DNA of 64,000 nucleotides from Azolla caroliniana (Eukaryota > Plantae > Polypodiophyta). The stretch's first letter is position 1; the number at the start of each line of letters is the position of its first letter. The position numbers and the translations under genes are program-made. The notes below the pieces were generated by a model. The model did no database searches. It saw nothing but the letters and a program-made list of their open reading frames with translations, and was not told where the DNA came from. Shown in pieces: positions 13,063-25,504 of the stretch. The stretch is from positions 11,656,001 through 11,720,000 of the forward strand of contig JBHGNT010000008.1 in assembly GCA_043228905.1 (NCBI GenBank). The letters run 5' to 3'.

Positions 13063-14011
13063 CATCTAGACAAACCAACAACCTAGTGATTGAACGGGAG
13101 AAGAGACAAGAAAGCAGGTTGCGGAGACAAGAAGCATACCAAAAAGCAGTAGAGGAAATTCGATAGGACTGGTTATTTCCCAAAATGCTTCGGAGGGTAC
13201 TGGAAGAAACGATTCGCATACAAAATCAATGTGGCTTGGACGACAGAACCAACCTAACAAACCTTGTAGACACCGAATCAACATTGCAAACCTTAGCAAC
13301 GAAAGGAGAGGATTTGACCGTCTTTTCAGCATTAGAGTCGGAATCGGACAACGACACGAATGATGATTGGATTGTCAAGTTCAATTATTGTTGTAGTCAC
13401 AACACCCCAGAGGAGCCAGAAGAGGAAGTTTTAGAGTAGACACTATCAGGAGACGCGGATATTAATATACCAACGCCGTTAGCAGAAGCAGAGACAGAGT
13501 GATTGGAGTGTCAACTCCAATTATTGTTCCAGTCAAAACACCCTAGAGGTGCCGGAAGAGGAATGTTAGAACAGACATTGGCAGGAGACGCGGATATTAA
13601 GATACCGCCGCCGCCAACAGATGCTGAGACGAAGATACTGACACCACCAGTAGAAGAAGAGATTCCAATACAAACATCGCTAGCCATGGTACAACTAGCC
13701 GGTGAAGAGGACAATATGTTGTACCCCTACCCCAAGTACAATGACAAGATGGACACGGAGGCACACGTCCGAGCATTTTTTTGATGACATGGCAAGTGAA
13801 CCATGTGTTCCAGGGACTAGCACAAGTTGTTGTGGATGTATTAAAGATAGTAGAATTCGGGTTGTCCTTGGAAAGGCAAGCAGCGAGCTGATATTCCTAG
13901 CATAATGCAGAGGATTTCGCAACATTCACGCAACTAAGAGACAAGTTCATCCGGCTATTCCACAGACGTGTGGTAGAAAGAGAATTAATGAGCCAATTTT
14001 ACGCAACATAC
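13063..14011 (+). pseudogene. gag: Degenerate gag of the tRNA-Arg-primed gypsy element
   Basis: FSALESESD and MLYPYPKYNDKMDTEAHVRAF match the gag at 55193-56372 (FSAFESDSD, FQYPKYRDDLEAEAHIYAF). The ATG-containing junction is restored on removing the copia at 7273-13057. Confidence 0.7.
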
Positions 14012-14695
14012 TGTGAATGTAAATGTGCGGAAGTGTTAGACAGAACCGACTCAACCGGATAGCAATAGAGAATAAGATGAAGGTTTAATGGAGAAGCTTA
14101 ATACACAGAGTATATATGCGGGAGAGATAGAGAGAGTAGAACGTAAACGTAGATTCAAAAATAACTCTAAAACTCTGTACATAGAATGTGCTATAACAAC
14201 ACTATTTATACAAGTCCATAAAGGACTGACAGAAGTACTAACAGGTACTTCAATATTCCTACGTGCAACTGACACTAACTACGAGACAATAATTACCAAG
14301 TAGTCTAGGCTACTACTAGGCTTTCGGTTCCTGCTCGAATCCGGCTCCCCGATCCGGCTGGTTGTTTCTGGATACCATCCGGATACCAATCCGGCTCATC
14401 CTTCTGGATGCCGATCCGGCTTTGGCTTATTCAACCGATCCGGATCCAGTTGAGCTTGCTCGCTCAACACTCCAAAATGTCAAAGGGTTCCAATGGTTCC
14501 TCGGGAAGCTCAACTTGAGATTGGATTGTGGTGTTAGTGTCCGTGGCAGTCGGTTCTTCTACCCGGCTCCTTCTGGCATCGCTCCGCCTTGCTCGTGCTC
14601 CTCGTCCGGTCTGGTCCTGTTTGTTGTGACCCTTCTAGTTCTGCGCACCTGGACCTACTCCGTCGGCTTGTCTGCTCAATAGGCCCATTTCAACT
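14012..14695 (-). mobile_element. 3' LTR (14012-14469) and 3' end of a Ty1/copia element that continues at 56891-57467
   Basis: The LTR is similar to 25510-25925. The adjacent sequence resembles 25926-26110, and the copia RNaseH tail resumes after the CAACT duplication at 56886. Confidence 0.75.
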
Positions 14696-17041
14696 TGTTA
14701 TCGCTAGGGCTGGACAATGGCCTAACATAGGGTGTCCCCTTGAGACACTTCACCAAAGGGGTGTTGCGGTGAGATAGAGTTAGACCGACTATTAATGGAA
14801 CCCTGAGGAGTTACTAGTGGTAATATCATTAGTCACAATACACGTGTACGATAAATTATACTTCACACAGAACAGTAATTAACAATGATTAAGATATAGG
14901 ACAACAACACTCTATTAAATATCCGCCAATGATTACAATCTAACCGGCCCTTTTTATAGGTCTCTAGTTTTAGGTACAAACCGGTGCCAACCGGCAACTG
15001 GTTACGAACCGGTCCGGATCCGGATCGGCATACCGATTCTGTGTCCATCTGTTCGCTTCTCAAATCATAATAATTCTATGTAAATATATAATAAGCTCCC
15101 AATTATTAATTATCCCCTCGTTTCCCATTCTGGACTTCCCTTGTCGACCGACTAACACATGGCACACTCATGGGACAGTACCTTGTACGTCGAATCCCAT
15201 TATTTGGCCTTCATTCATCCTCCAAAATGTCTAGAATACTTTGATCTAAGGGTTCCAATGGTTCCTCGGGAAGCTATTTTGTCATCTGCTGTTGTTGCTC
15301 CCCCTCGTGCTGTTCTTGCGGCTGTGGTTGCTCTTCTTTTCGCTCTGGCTCCAGTTGTGGATGTTGTTGGTTGTCTTCCGTTGCATGCGGCTCTATTGGT
15401 CTGACCAGCTCTGTCTCCCTTTCCGGCTTGACTGGTCTTACCGGCTCCTCCTCCTTTTCTAGCTCAACCGGCCTTGACGTCTCCTGGTTCTACTGTCTGG
15501 TGGGTTCCGGTTCCTGTGGATGACCTTCCTCTAGCGGCTCCTCTTGAATACTATCTGGTTGGCTTCCTCCGGCTTTAACCAACATTTGCTTTGAAGATGG
15601 CTCCTCATCACTAATGCTAATCGCTGCAGTTCTCTTGGCTACTTCTTGCCGTCTCCATTCCCGTTCGTACTTCTCGAAATGGAGTTGGTTGTCCAACTGG
15701 TCATCATCCAGTTGTGCCACCAACTGGCGTACTGCCACCCTCTTTTCATCAACCAAGGATAAAAAATCATCTGATAGTTCATCTTTTATGGCTTCAATGC
15801 TTTCTTTATCCAGGATGTAGATTGCGTTGCCCTCTTTCCGCAGGTTTTCCGTGTTTGCCAGCAACAACTGTAGCTCTGCTGCCTACTTAGCCCACTTCGA
15901 CCACCACTGTACTGAGCTTTCTTCCACCAATTGCTTTGTTTGATTCCTCCATGCCAGTACGATGTCCCAGATCCGCCCTAGCCCCATCTTCGACTTGTTT
16001 TCCGCGGCCTGTTTTTCGTCCTTCAATTTTTTGATTAGGCTCGCGGTTACCACTTCTTGGTTTCTGTAGTGCATGAGTTGGGTCTGATATATTGTCTGCA
16101 CTCTGTTTAGAGCCATTGTAGTGCGCTCCGTTTCCGCATGGTGTTGTACTTGCAGGTTCAGTCACTCTTTCGCTGCTGCAGCTAGTTGTTTCGTTTGTTC
16201 GGCTCCCTTCGACTGCTCTTCCATCAATGCCACCGTCAACCGGTTAACTTCCTCCCGGAGTTCTTTACACTTTTCCTGCTGTCGGTCACTGTCGGTAGTC
16301 AATTTCTTATGATCGGCATCCAAATGCTTATAATCCCGGTGCAGTCGGTCGAAGTCGTCGGTTTTCTGTTTGAGCTTTTGATTTATAAGTTGGCGAGCGC
16401 GGTCCTCACGGTCTTTTTGTTGCCGAAGCTCTCCTTTGAGGCGCTCAATCTCCACTTCCGCCGTCCTCCAGAGTTTCTCTTTTTCTTGCAGGAGTTTGTC
16501 TTTCTAGATTCTTTCAGCCGATCATACGCTTGATGCCCTCTTCACAAGCTTTCCTCTGTTCGGCGGAGGTTGTCGGCCGTTCTCCTTTGTTCCTCCTTCG
16601 CCGCTTTTTTCAATTCTCGTTCCCTGGCACGTAAGGCTTCTTGTGCGGCCAGGTCTTCCCTTAGTGTGGCGAGCTCTTGTGCAGATGATTCATGAGTATC
16701 TGGGCCCGCCGCCGTCACCGAGGTTTGATCGTTCTGTTGAGTTACCGGGGCCACCGATTTTGATTGTTGTGGTCCTATGACCAACTTGGGCATGTCCGTT
16801 CTGGCCTTCTCTATGTCTTCTTCCATGCTCCAGATTCTTGACCGAGCCATCTCTAATTCCTCAGTTGTGGCTAGCAACATGGCTTCTTGCACTTTTTCTT
16901 CCGCTTCTAACTGGCCGACAACACCAGTCACTTGTTCTGCTACCTATCGGAGCCATCGACTGCCGGTGCCTTGTGGTTGTGCCAGTTCTGGTCGTGGGAT
17001 GGTGTTTCCACTGGTCACGATCCCACTATTGACGGTTACGT

Positions 17042-17807
17042 TGTCGTAGTGTATTTCGTACACTACGTGAAAAACTTATAAAGTACCGATTTAATAAATA
17101 TGAATAAATAGTAGAAAATATTAAAATATATATAACATGCATAGGGCAAGATTCGAACCTTGCACCTCCATGTTAATAATGTAATATCTTACCATTACAC
17201 TAGCATTTCATTAGTGTTCAAAAATAGATGTTCCACATAGAAAGCTTAGTTCACCTAGGATAAACTTTAGTTAAAAGAAAACGCATGCTAAAAGAAAAAG
17301 CTACGCATGCACATCTAGCGTGCATGAACGCTATAGTTGATAAAAAACGCACAAGTTAGAAAAAGCATGATCACTTTAGATAAAGCATATAGTCTATCTA
17401 TAGGAAAAGCATGGAGTCTATAGTTAGAAAAAAAAGAAGCATGGACTCCCTCATCACTACATAAGGATGGGGAGCACAATGTAATAGGTGTGTGAAATAT
17501 TTGGAAATTGGATATATTTCCGAAAACACCAACCGATTAATATAATCGTGGGATTCACGAAAATAATATAATCTATACTTGTGGGATTCACAAGTTTCTT
17601 ATATCTTTCTTTCAATCTAAATACATATTCTTATCTAAATATTGATTAATCGAATACAATACACTCATGGGATTCACGAAATTTCTATCTCTCTTTCTAA
17701 TAATCTATTCATTACTAGCCTCATCTCATATTCTTCTTTCTCCTAGTCCAAAACCTCAGTGATTCCCACCCGACTCACGCAATGATCCGGCGCCGAAAGG
17801 CACGACA
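17042..17807 (+). repeat. Solo LTR of the tRNA-Trp-primed gypsy family
   Basis: TGTCG...CGACA; 4-bp TSD ACGT/ACGT; near-identical reverse complement at 62465-63230; homologous to LTR 57468-58337. Confidence 0.9.
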
Positions 17808-19040
17808 ACGTCACACAGCCTCTCCCGTTCTGGTTGTTGTTGCTGCGGCGGCGATGCTGGCAATTCAATGACTGGTTCTTGATTCACCGGTATTATCGTG
17901 TCTTGGACCGCTGGTTCCGCAATGTCCTGCCACTACCCTTGCTCCGTTCCCAATTCTTGTTGAGCCAGTTCTGCCACCTTCCTCGGTTGCGGCTCCTCAG
18001 GGGAGGGTTCCCGTATATTGTCCTCCATTAGCCTTCATGTCCCCCCTTCGTGGCCCTTTTCTCTTGTTTGGCAACACCGTAGCATCATCTCTGTCGGCTC
18101 GTCTTCCTGCTATTCTTCTTCCAGGGTCTCGTTGCTGATTACCGCCACCAAGGGGTCCTGCCCCTGCATTTTGTCCGGTTGCTGCTCTGCTTGTTCCGAC
18201 AGGCGCAACTTGATTTTCAACAGTCTCCCCGATGCCTCCTTCTCAAGCAGCCGCTTCCGATTAGGCCGTTCCTTCGCTTGGGTAGCTAGGAGTTGCTATC
18301 GTTTTGAAGTTGTTTTGGGGGTCGCTTCTATCGGTCTTCCCCTCTTCCTTTGTTTTACGGGCTCCATCGGTGGTGCTAACAGAGGGAACCATTGCGCCAT
18401 TGTTGTCCACATCTTTTTGCCCTCTTTTATCGAGACGATGGCAATGCTTAGGCCGTCGACAATCATTACCGACCAATCCACCTGTACTCCCTCGTAGGTG
18501 GCTATGATCAAACCGGCTCTATTCCTGGGCATCGCCGGTGGTCGGGGGTACACATGGCCATACTCGTGGAGTATCCGAGCAATTTCCCGAAATAAGAGAT
18601 CTTCACCGCCTTGCTTGCGGTACGCCTTGCTGCCAATGGAGTATTCCCCAAAATACCTCGTCAACAGCTCCTGCAAAGGGTTGTCGATCGAGTAGATCCC
18701 CCCTTCCGGTAGGTCGATCATGGCTCGGATGGCTTCCTCAGTGATGACCTCTGTATCGATGTCTTTAATGACATTTTCCGCATCTCCGTGTGGCGGTGTC
18801 GCGAAAATACGACGAGGATACGTGAACTTGAGGCAAGACCCCGGGGCCTCTAACCGGAAGATATCAGATTCGTATGATTATATTAAACAATTAATGGTAA
18901 ATGAGAAAGATTGACAAATTTCATTCATAAATAGAAAAGAAAGATTATAATCAATTCTAAGATTAGGATTTCAAAAGTTTTATCTTAAGGATATTACTAG
19001 AATAATAGATTAGAAGAAGCTAAGATATGGATTCCATAGA

Positions 19041-19260
19041 GATTTAGGGTTCTTGGCTTCCGTAGGGAAAATTAGGGTTTTTGAGTGTTATGGCTTCCGT
19101 AGGGAAGATTAGGGTTTTTGAGTGTTATGGCTTCCGTAGGGAAATTATGGTTTATGAGTTCTATGGCTTCTGTATGGAAAATTAGGGTTTTCGGCTTCCG
19201 TAGGGAAAATTAGGGTTTTTGGTTTCCATAAGGAAATTAGGGTTTATGAGAGATATGGCT
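19041..19260. repeat. ~38-bp tandem repeat containing the telo-box TTAGGGTTT (also at ~22745-22890)
   Basis: Repeated GGCTTCCGTAGGGAARATTAGGGTTT units inside both LTRs. Confidence 0.85.
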
Positions 19261-19834
19261 TCCCTAAGATAAGGGAGCTAAGAAGGAAAAGAAAATTCAT
19301 CGAGAGAGAGTATGAGTGTAGGAAAAAAAATGTAATTTTATATGGAGTTCTCCCTTGATCATTTTATATGGAGTCCACTTTTTGTTGCATGGCCTCTACT
19401 TTTAGTTGCTTAGCTTTTTCTTTAAGTTGCATCTATTTTTAGTTGCATGACTTTTTCTTTTAGTTGCATGCGACCGTCCACACGACCTTTACTTTTTGCA
19501 TGCAGTGTAGGAAAAAAAATGTAATTTTATATGGAGTTCTCCCTTGATCATTTTATATGGAGTCCACTTTTTGTTGCATGGCCTCTACTTTTAGTTGCTT
19601 AGCTTTTTCTTTAAGTTGGATCTATTTTTAGTTGCATGACTTTTTCTTTTAGTTGCATGCGACCGTCCACACGACCTTTACTTTTTGCATGCACTCCAAC
19701 TTTAGTTGCTTGCATCCACATGGCCTTTACTTTAGTTCTCTTCACTTTACTTTAGTTTGTTGCATGATCCAATCTTCCGTCCATCCGCGTCCAACCTCGT
19801 CCGGTAGCCAGTTTCGCCCGATCGCCGAATCCCG

Positions 19835-20170
19835 TCCGGTTCCGATTTTGCTTGCCGGCCGGTTCCGGTTTGCTTGCCGACCAGTTCCGATTCCGGTTTG
19901 CTTGCCGATTTCGGTTCCGGTTTTGCTTACCGCCCGGTTTTCGGATTCCGGTTTTGCTTACCGGCCGGTTTCCGGATTTGCTTACCGGCCAAATTCCGGA
20001 TTTGCTTACCGACCGGTTTGCGGATTTGCTTGACGGTTGGTTCCAGTTTTTCTTGCCGGCCGGTTCCGATTTGCTTGCCGGTTCCGGTTCCGGTTTTGCT
20101 TATCATCCGATTTCCGAATTTTCTTACAAGCCAATTTCCGGTTTGGATACCGGCCGGTTTCCGGTTTTTG
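19835..20170. repeat. ~21-22-bp CCGG-rich tandem array (also at ~23260-23595)
   Basis: Repeated CCGGATTTGCTTACCGGCCGGTTT units. Confidence 0.85.
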
Positions 20171-21742
20171 GGAACTTGGCCACCATCATCCATCAAGACA
20201 AAGTGGCCAAAGTGCTCTTAGCACAAATGAAAAATGAGGGAGCTCAAGGTGCTTATATAGCCATGGCCTTAAGTTTTCCTATCTATGTGGGATAGTTCTA
20301 ATTTCCCTATCTTCTCAAACTTCATTTTCACATAACTTGATATGTATTTCTCCATTTTGTATATAGTAAAATAAGTTTTGAAGCTCTTGAGTATATCCAT
20401 CTTTCTATAGTAAGCTACTAATCTAATCTATAATAATTATTTCATTATTTTTTTACATAGTGGCGGAATATTCACATGACATTCGCCCCCACCAAACCTG
20501 CACATCCACCGGTATGTGCCAATTTTGGTGAGACTCCATTTTTGTTTACTTTAATTTTTCGTTGATGTACCCGAATCACCATTGCCATCTGATCCACCAT
20601 ATTCTTCGTTCAGTCTTTGCATTTCCATGATCGTTTGTCATGGCTCTCTTTGCTCCTTTAGAGCATAATTCTTTATGCCTCGTGCATGTGCCACCTTCAT
20701 TTCGACCATCTCCTTAGTCATTTAACTTTCCTTTATCATCCTTTCTTGTTTCATGCATGCCTTTCAAATGCCTTATCAAAGTACTATTGTTGAATACTCT
20801 TAGTGGTCCATTCTTTAACGGCATGCTCTCCTCTAGGTCCTTAAGTGACCACATTGCATGCTTCCCATTTTGTCAACTTTTGTGGTATACTCTTGTGTTG
20901 GAGTGGACCATGACTTCTACGCTAGTATTATCCTTGTTACATTTTGTGATCACATCTTTTGGATCCGCTTGGACCACTTGGCCCACGTCCTTGCTTTTTG
21001 AGGTTTGTTCGGTCTCGTTGTCGCACACATTAGCTTTTGTCCTTGCTTCCTCGCTCCCATCGTCCTTCTCTTGGGTCTTACATTGGTTAATGCCCAAGTC
21101 TCTCAAACGAGTGTGGAGGAATTTTGTAGTTTGGCATTGCCTTTGTCGTGCTACCCTTATCCGCGTCCACCTTATGGTTGTCTGCATTGGTTTTGACCTT
21201 TGTTTCTTCTCCGCCACCTTCCATCTCTTGGGTCTTACATCGGTTAATGCCCAAGTCTCAAGAACTTTTGTGGGGAAAGTCTCTTCATGATCATCGTCTA
21301 CCCTCTTTGGCTTGACGTCTCCTTCTTCTTCGCATGTGTTAGTTTTGGCGTTCACTTCCTCGCCACCACCTTCCACCTCAAGTTTGCTTTCCGATGCATC
21401 TGCCCAAGTCTTTGGAATAAGTGTGGAGAAAGTCTCGACACGGCCATCCGCCATTGACTGGTCCTTAGCCACCTTTCACTCGATGTCGTTTCTTGTGGCT
21501 ACCTCCTCAATCATGCTGACCTCACACTTTTTATCTCCCTTGATCATGCAAGCTTTGCTCATGCTTGCACCTTCATCACTTGATGTTTCAAACACGATGC
21601 GTGTTTCGAAACATTTGTCTTCGCTTGAAGTGGCATTTGCCACCCTCGATTCATTTGTTTCATTCTTCATTATTGTTTCTTTGCAAGATGAGAAGGTCTC
21701 TTGTTCCACACCTTCTTCCGTGGTTACATCATGGTATCGAAC

Positions 21743-22330
21743 CTAAGCCTTTGTATCGACCGTAACATTAATCTGCATTTGTTGGGAGGCCTCTTCTTCC
21801 TCGCTCATCATTTGCTTCAGTTTTTGCTCCTTTTGAAGCTTCTCTTCAGCCTCAACTTGCGCCTTCAAGTTCTCGAATGCCTTTTCCATCAAGACTTCTA
21901 TGTGGAGTATTGTTGAACCTTCCCTCTTCGAGTTTTCTTCTTTAGGTGGTAGTTTGTAGTTGCATCCCGTCCTCCTTTCACCATCCCTCGTACGTTGTGT
22001 TGTTGCCGATGAGAATCTTATCTTCCTCTTATCGTGTAGTTGACATACTCTTTCCACTTTCATCCAATCCTCGGTGAGGCCATTTGCACCATCATCATCC
22101 TCAAGTCGGATTCCAATGGCATTCCTTTCTTTCCGGTCTATAGATTTCACGAACATTAGGACTTTATCCACCCCCACCAATCTTTGATCCCGCTCTGAGA
22201 GTTGTGCAAAGGTACACTCGAACTCAACGAAAGCATGCATGGCACTTTGGTGGGTCTTTAACGATGATACCCATTGATCGAACTCGTATAGTTTGCATCT
22301 CTTCGGCTCTTTGTATCTATATGCCTCCAT
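21743..22330 (-). CDS. gag: Truncated Gag-like protein, followed by decayed low-complexity in-frame segments to ~20873
   Basis: FAQLSERDQ...DKVLMFVKSID...LEDDDGANGLTEDW aligns with FGRLSTRAQ...DKVIMFLRAVD...LEDTTTESGLTETW in the gag at 44434. Confidence 0.7.
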   Translation of the reverse strand: MEAYRYKEPKRCKLYEFDQWVSSLKTHQSAMHAFVEFECTFAQLSERDQRLVGVDKVLMFVKSIDRKERNAIGIRLEDDDGANGLTEDWMKVERVCQLHDKRKIRFSSATTQRTRDGERRTGCNYKLPPKEENSKREGSTILHIEVLMEKAFENLKAQVEAEEKLQKEQKLKQMMSEEEEASQQMQINVTVDTKA

Positions 22331-24436
22331 GAGATATCCTCCTACCGCCTTGTTTCACGTTGGGTTCACCAAAGATGTCGCAAAATTACGACGAGGATAC
22401 GTGAACTTTGAGGCAAGACCCCAGGGCCTCCGACCGGAAGATATCAAATCCGTATGCTTATATTAAACAATTAATGGAAAATGCCATGAGATATCCTCTT
22501 GCCGCCTCGTTTCACGTCGGGTTCACCAAAGATGTCGAGAAATTACAACGAGGACATGCGAACTTGAGGTAGGACCTCGGGGCCTCCGACCAGAGGATAA
22601 TCACATTCGTGCGTTTATATTTTTAACAATTAACGGAAAGAAGAAATTTAATAATTTTCATTAACAAAGGAAAAAGAAATTACAATATGTCCCAAGATTG
22701 GGATTTAGAAGTTTTAGGTTTACTAAGATTAATAGAAAAGAAAAATTAGGGGTTTTGAGAGATATGGCTTCCGTAGGGAAAATTAGGATTAGGTTATATG
22801 AGTATTATGGCTTCCGTAGGGAAGATTAGGGTTTTTGAGTGTTATGGCTTCCGTAGGGAATTTTAGGGTTTATGAGAGTTATGGCTTCCCTAAGATAAGG
22901 GAGTTGAGAAGGAAAAGAAAAAGAAATATAATATGGAGAGAGCATGAGTGTAGGAAAAAAAATGGAATTTTATATGGAGTTCTCCCTTGATCATCTGCAT
23001 GTCCACTTTTTGTTGCATGGCCTCTACTTTTAGTTGCTTAGATTTTTCTTTTAGTTGCATGGCTTTTTCTTTTAGTTGCATGCGACCGTCCACATGACCT
23101 TTACTTTTTGCATGCACTCCAACTTTAGTTGCTTGCATCCACATGACATTTACTTTAGTTATCTTCACTTTATTTTAGTTTGTTGCATGATCCAATTTTC
23201 CATTTGTCCGTGTCCAACCTCATCCAGTAGCCGGTTCCGCCCGATCGCCGAATCCCTCGCCAGCCGGTTCTGGTTTGCTTGTCGACTGGTTCCGGTTTGC
23301 TTGCCGATTTCGGTTCCGGTTTTGCTTACCGCCCGGTTTTCGGATTCCGGTTTTGCTTACTAGCCGGTCTCCGGATTTGCTTATCGGCCGGTCTCCGGAT
23401 TTGCTTACCGGCCGGTTTCCGGATTTGCTTACCAACCGGGTTCCGGATTTGCTTACCGACCGGTTTCGGTTTTGCTTGCCGGCCGGTTCCGGTTTTGCTT
23501 ACCGGACAGTTTCCAGATTTGCTTACCGGCCGGTTTCCAATTTGCATACCGGCCGATTTCTGGATTTGCTTACCGGCCCGGTTTCCAGTTTTTGGGAACT
23601 TGGCCACCATCATCCATCAAGACAAAGTGGCCAAAGTGCTCTTAGCACAAATGAAAAATGAGGGAGCTCGAGGTATTTATATAGCCAGGGCCTTAAGTTT
23701 CCTATCTATGTGAGATAGTTCTAATTTCCCTATCTTCTCAAACTTCATTTTCACATAACTTCATATGTATTTCTCCATTTTGTATATAGTAAAATACATT
23801 TTGAAGCTCTTGAGTATATCCATCTTTCTATAGTAAGTTACTAATCTAATCTATAATAATTATTTCATTATTTTTTTACATAGTGTGTGAAGATTCACAT
23901 GACAACGGTGCTTCGATTATTCGCAGGAATCCTTGCAGACCGTGTTGCTTAAGCCATTTCTTAGCTGCTTCTGAGAGTACCATGGATTCCATGTTGTCTT
24001 CGGAGTCGATAGGTTGTGGTAAGCTGGATGCACCTACGTGCTCTGGGTGCTCTCACCTGATCATTCGTAATTGCCTATGGACATTGAGATCTCTGTGTTC
24101 GCGAAATGAAAGGGAATCTGTGCGGCGTGGGTTTTCTTTCTATATGCGTGGTGCCTTTTCTTGATTCCTGCGCATGCACTTCTTGTACTAATATAGCAGT
24201 CGGTTGACATGTGGTGCGCCTGTATTTAAAAGCTTTAATTAGCCACCCACCACACCTTTTCAAAATGCTCGTTCACTCCTCGTCTTTGCATGATGACTTT
24301 CCTTTTTCCTTTTTTTTTTTTTTTTTTTCAAATTGAGTTTGAGTTAACCGGAAGCACCGAGTCCGTATCCCGTTTTTTCCCCATATTCACTTTTGCCAGT
24401 AACCTGTTTGTTGTTATTCGGTAACGCTGGCTTTGC

Positions 24437-25504
24437 CTACTTGTCGAGTAATTCTTCCCGACTTCCTATTGTTGTATTAGCCTCCATCTGTTCGAACGGG
24501 TTCTGTGGCATCGGTCCACAATACGGTTTGAGTCGAAACCCATTGACCCATTTGCACATGATCTCGCCGGCGAGCGTTCCGAGCTGGTATGAACTGTTGA
24601 ATTCCCGTGTTATCCAATATGATCCGGTCCATCGAAACCGTAGCTTTCCCGGCATCTGAGCCATCCGGGTCTGGAACACCAGTAACAGCTTGCCGATCCC
24701 GAACATCTTCTCATTACCCTTCCGGTGCCGATCGACAAATGCCTTCCTTCATCGTTGTTCCAATTCCAACTGCATGAGACTTGTTATCCGATGTTCCTTG
24801 AGTTCACATAATGCGGCTAACCGGATTTTTTCCGATTCCTTTTCACTTAAACATTCTTTAACTTGTATTCGCAAACTCGGAACCTGAAATTCGATCGGCA
24901 TTACTGCTTCAAGCCCAAATGCTAACCAGAATGGTGTTGACCGGATACTCGTTTTGTATGCCGTTCGGTATGCCTATAGTGCACTATGCAGCTTGGTGTC
25001 CCAATCGGTCTGGTTTTCATTGACGATCTTTCGTAGGATGTTTTGGAGCGTTTTGCTCGTGGATTCGGCCAGTCCATTGGCCTATGGATAATAAGGGGTA
25101 CTGCGCTTGTGTACCACTGCATAGAATGTCGTTAAGCTCTCCACTACTTGACCGAGAAAATGTCTGCCTTGGTCACTAATTAATTCGGTCTAGTATCATA
25201 CCGGCACCAGATATACTCATACAAGAACTTTTTCGTTGATACCGCAGTGTTGTCCCACAAACCCTTGGCTTCTACCCACTTGGTGCAATAATCAGTGGTG
25301 ACTATGACATATCTGTTGCCGGTTCTCATTGCTGGAGGTTTAAAAGGCCCAACGAAATCCAGCCCCTATTTTTGAAATGGTTCTAAGGGTAGCACTGGCT
25401 AGTGAGGCATTAGCCACCATAGCCCGCTGTGCCATATCTTTCTTGCCGTAGCATCCCCGACATAGTGCCCTCCGACCACGCCACAGTGCGCTTCTCGTAA
25501 TATT
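24437..25504 (-). pseudogene. pol: Integrase of the Athila-like element
   Basis: PGKLRFRWTGSY and WVNGFRLKPY C-terminal motifs; STPYYP-ANG core on the minus strand. Confidence 0.8.

Larger units (their letters stand above)
18797..23904 (-). mobile_element. Non-autonomous (gag-only) LTR element with long repeat-rich LTRs and tRNA-Trp PBS
   Basis: LTRs ~18797-20481 and ~22376/22533-23904; PBS TGGTGAACCC(A/G)ACGTGA; near-TSD GCGG/ACGG; gag-like ORF 21743-22330; no pol. Confidence 0.82.
15240..23993 (-). pseudogene. Additional 3' ORF of the Athila-like element (globular N-terminal part plus long coiled coil), split by two insertions
   Basis: The frame MESMVLSEAAKKWLKQHGLQGFLRIIEAP|PHGDAENV...AMIDLPEGG is continuous across the 18797-23904 insertion. 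The downstream pieces 15490-16931 are E/K/Q/R-rich heptads. The 3' end is approximate. Confidence 0.6.

Noticed and set aside
19041-19260. Interstitial telomere or chromosome-fusion scar
   Set aside because: Single TTAGGGTTT motifs sit within a longer unit present in both LTRs; this is not a (TTTAGGG)n tract.
19653-20295. Protein-coding ORFs in the CCGG arrays (also 23076-23713)
   Set aside because: They are open in several frames on both strands because the repeat lacks stops, and they lie within LTRs.
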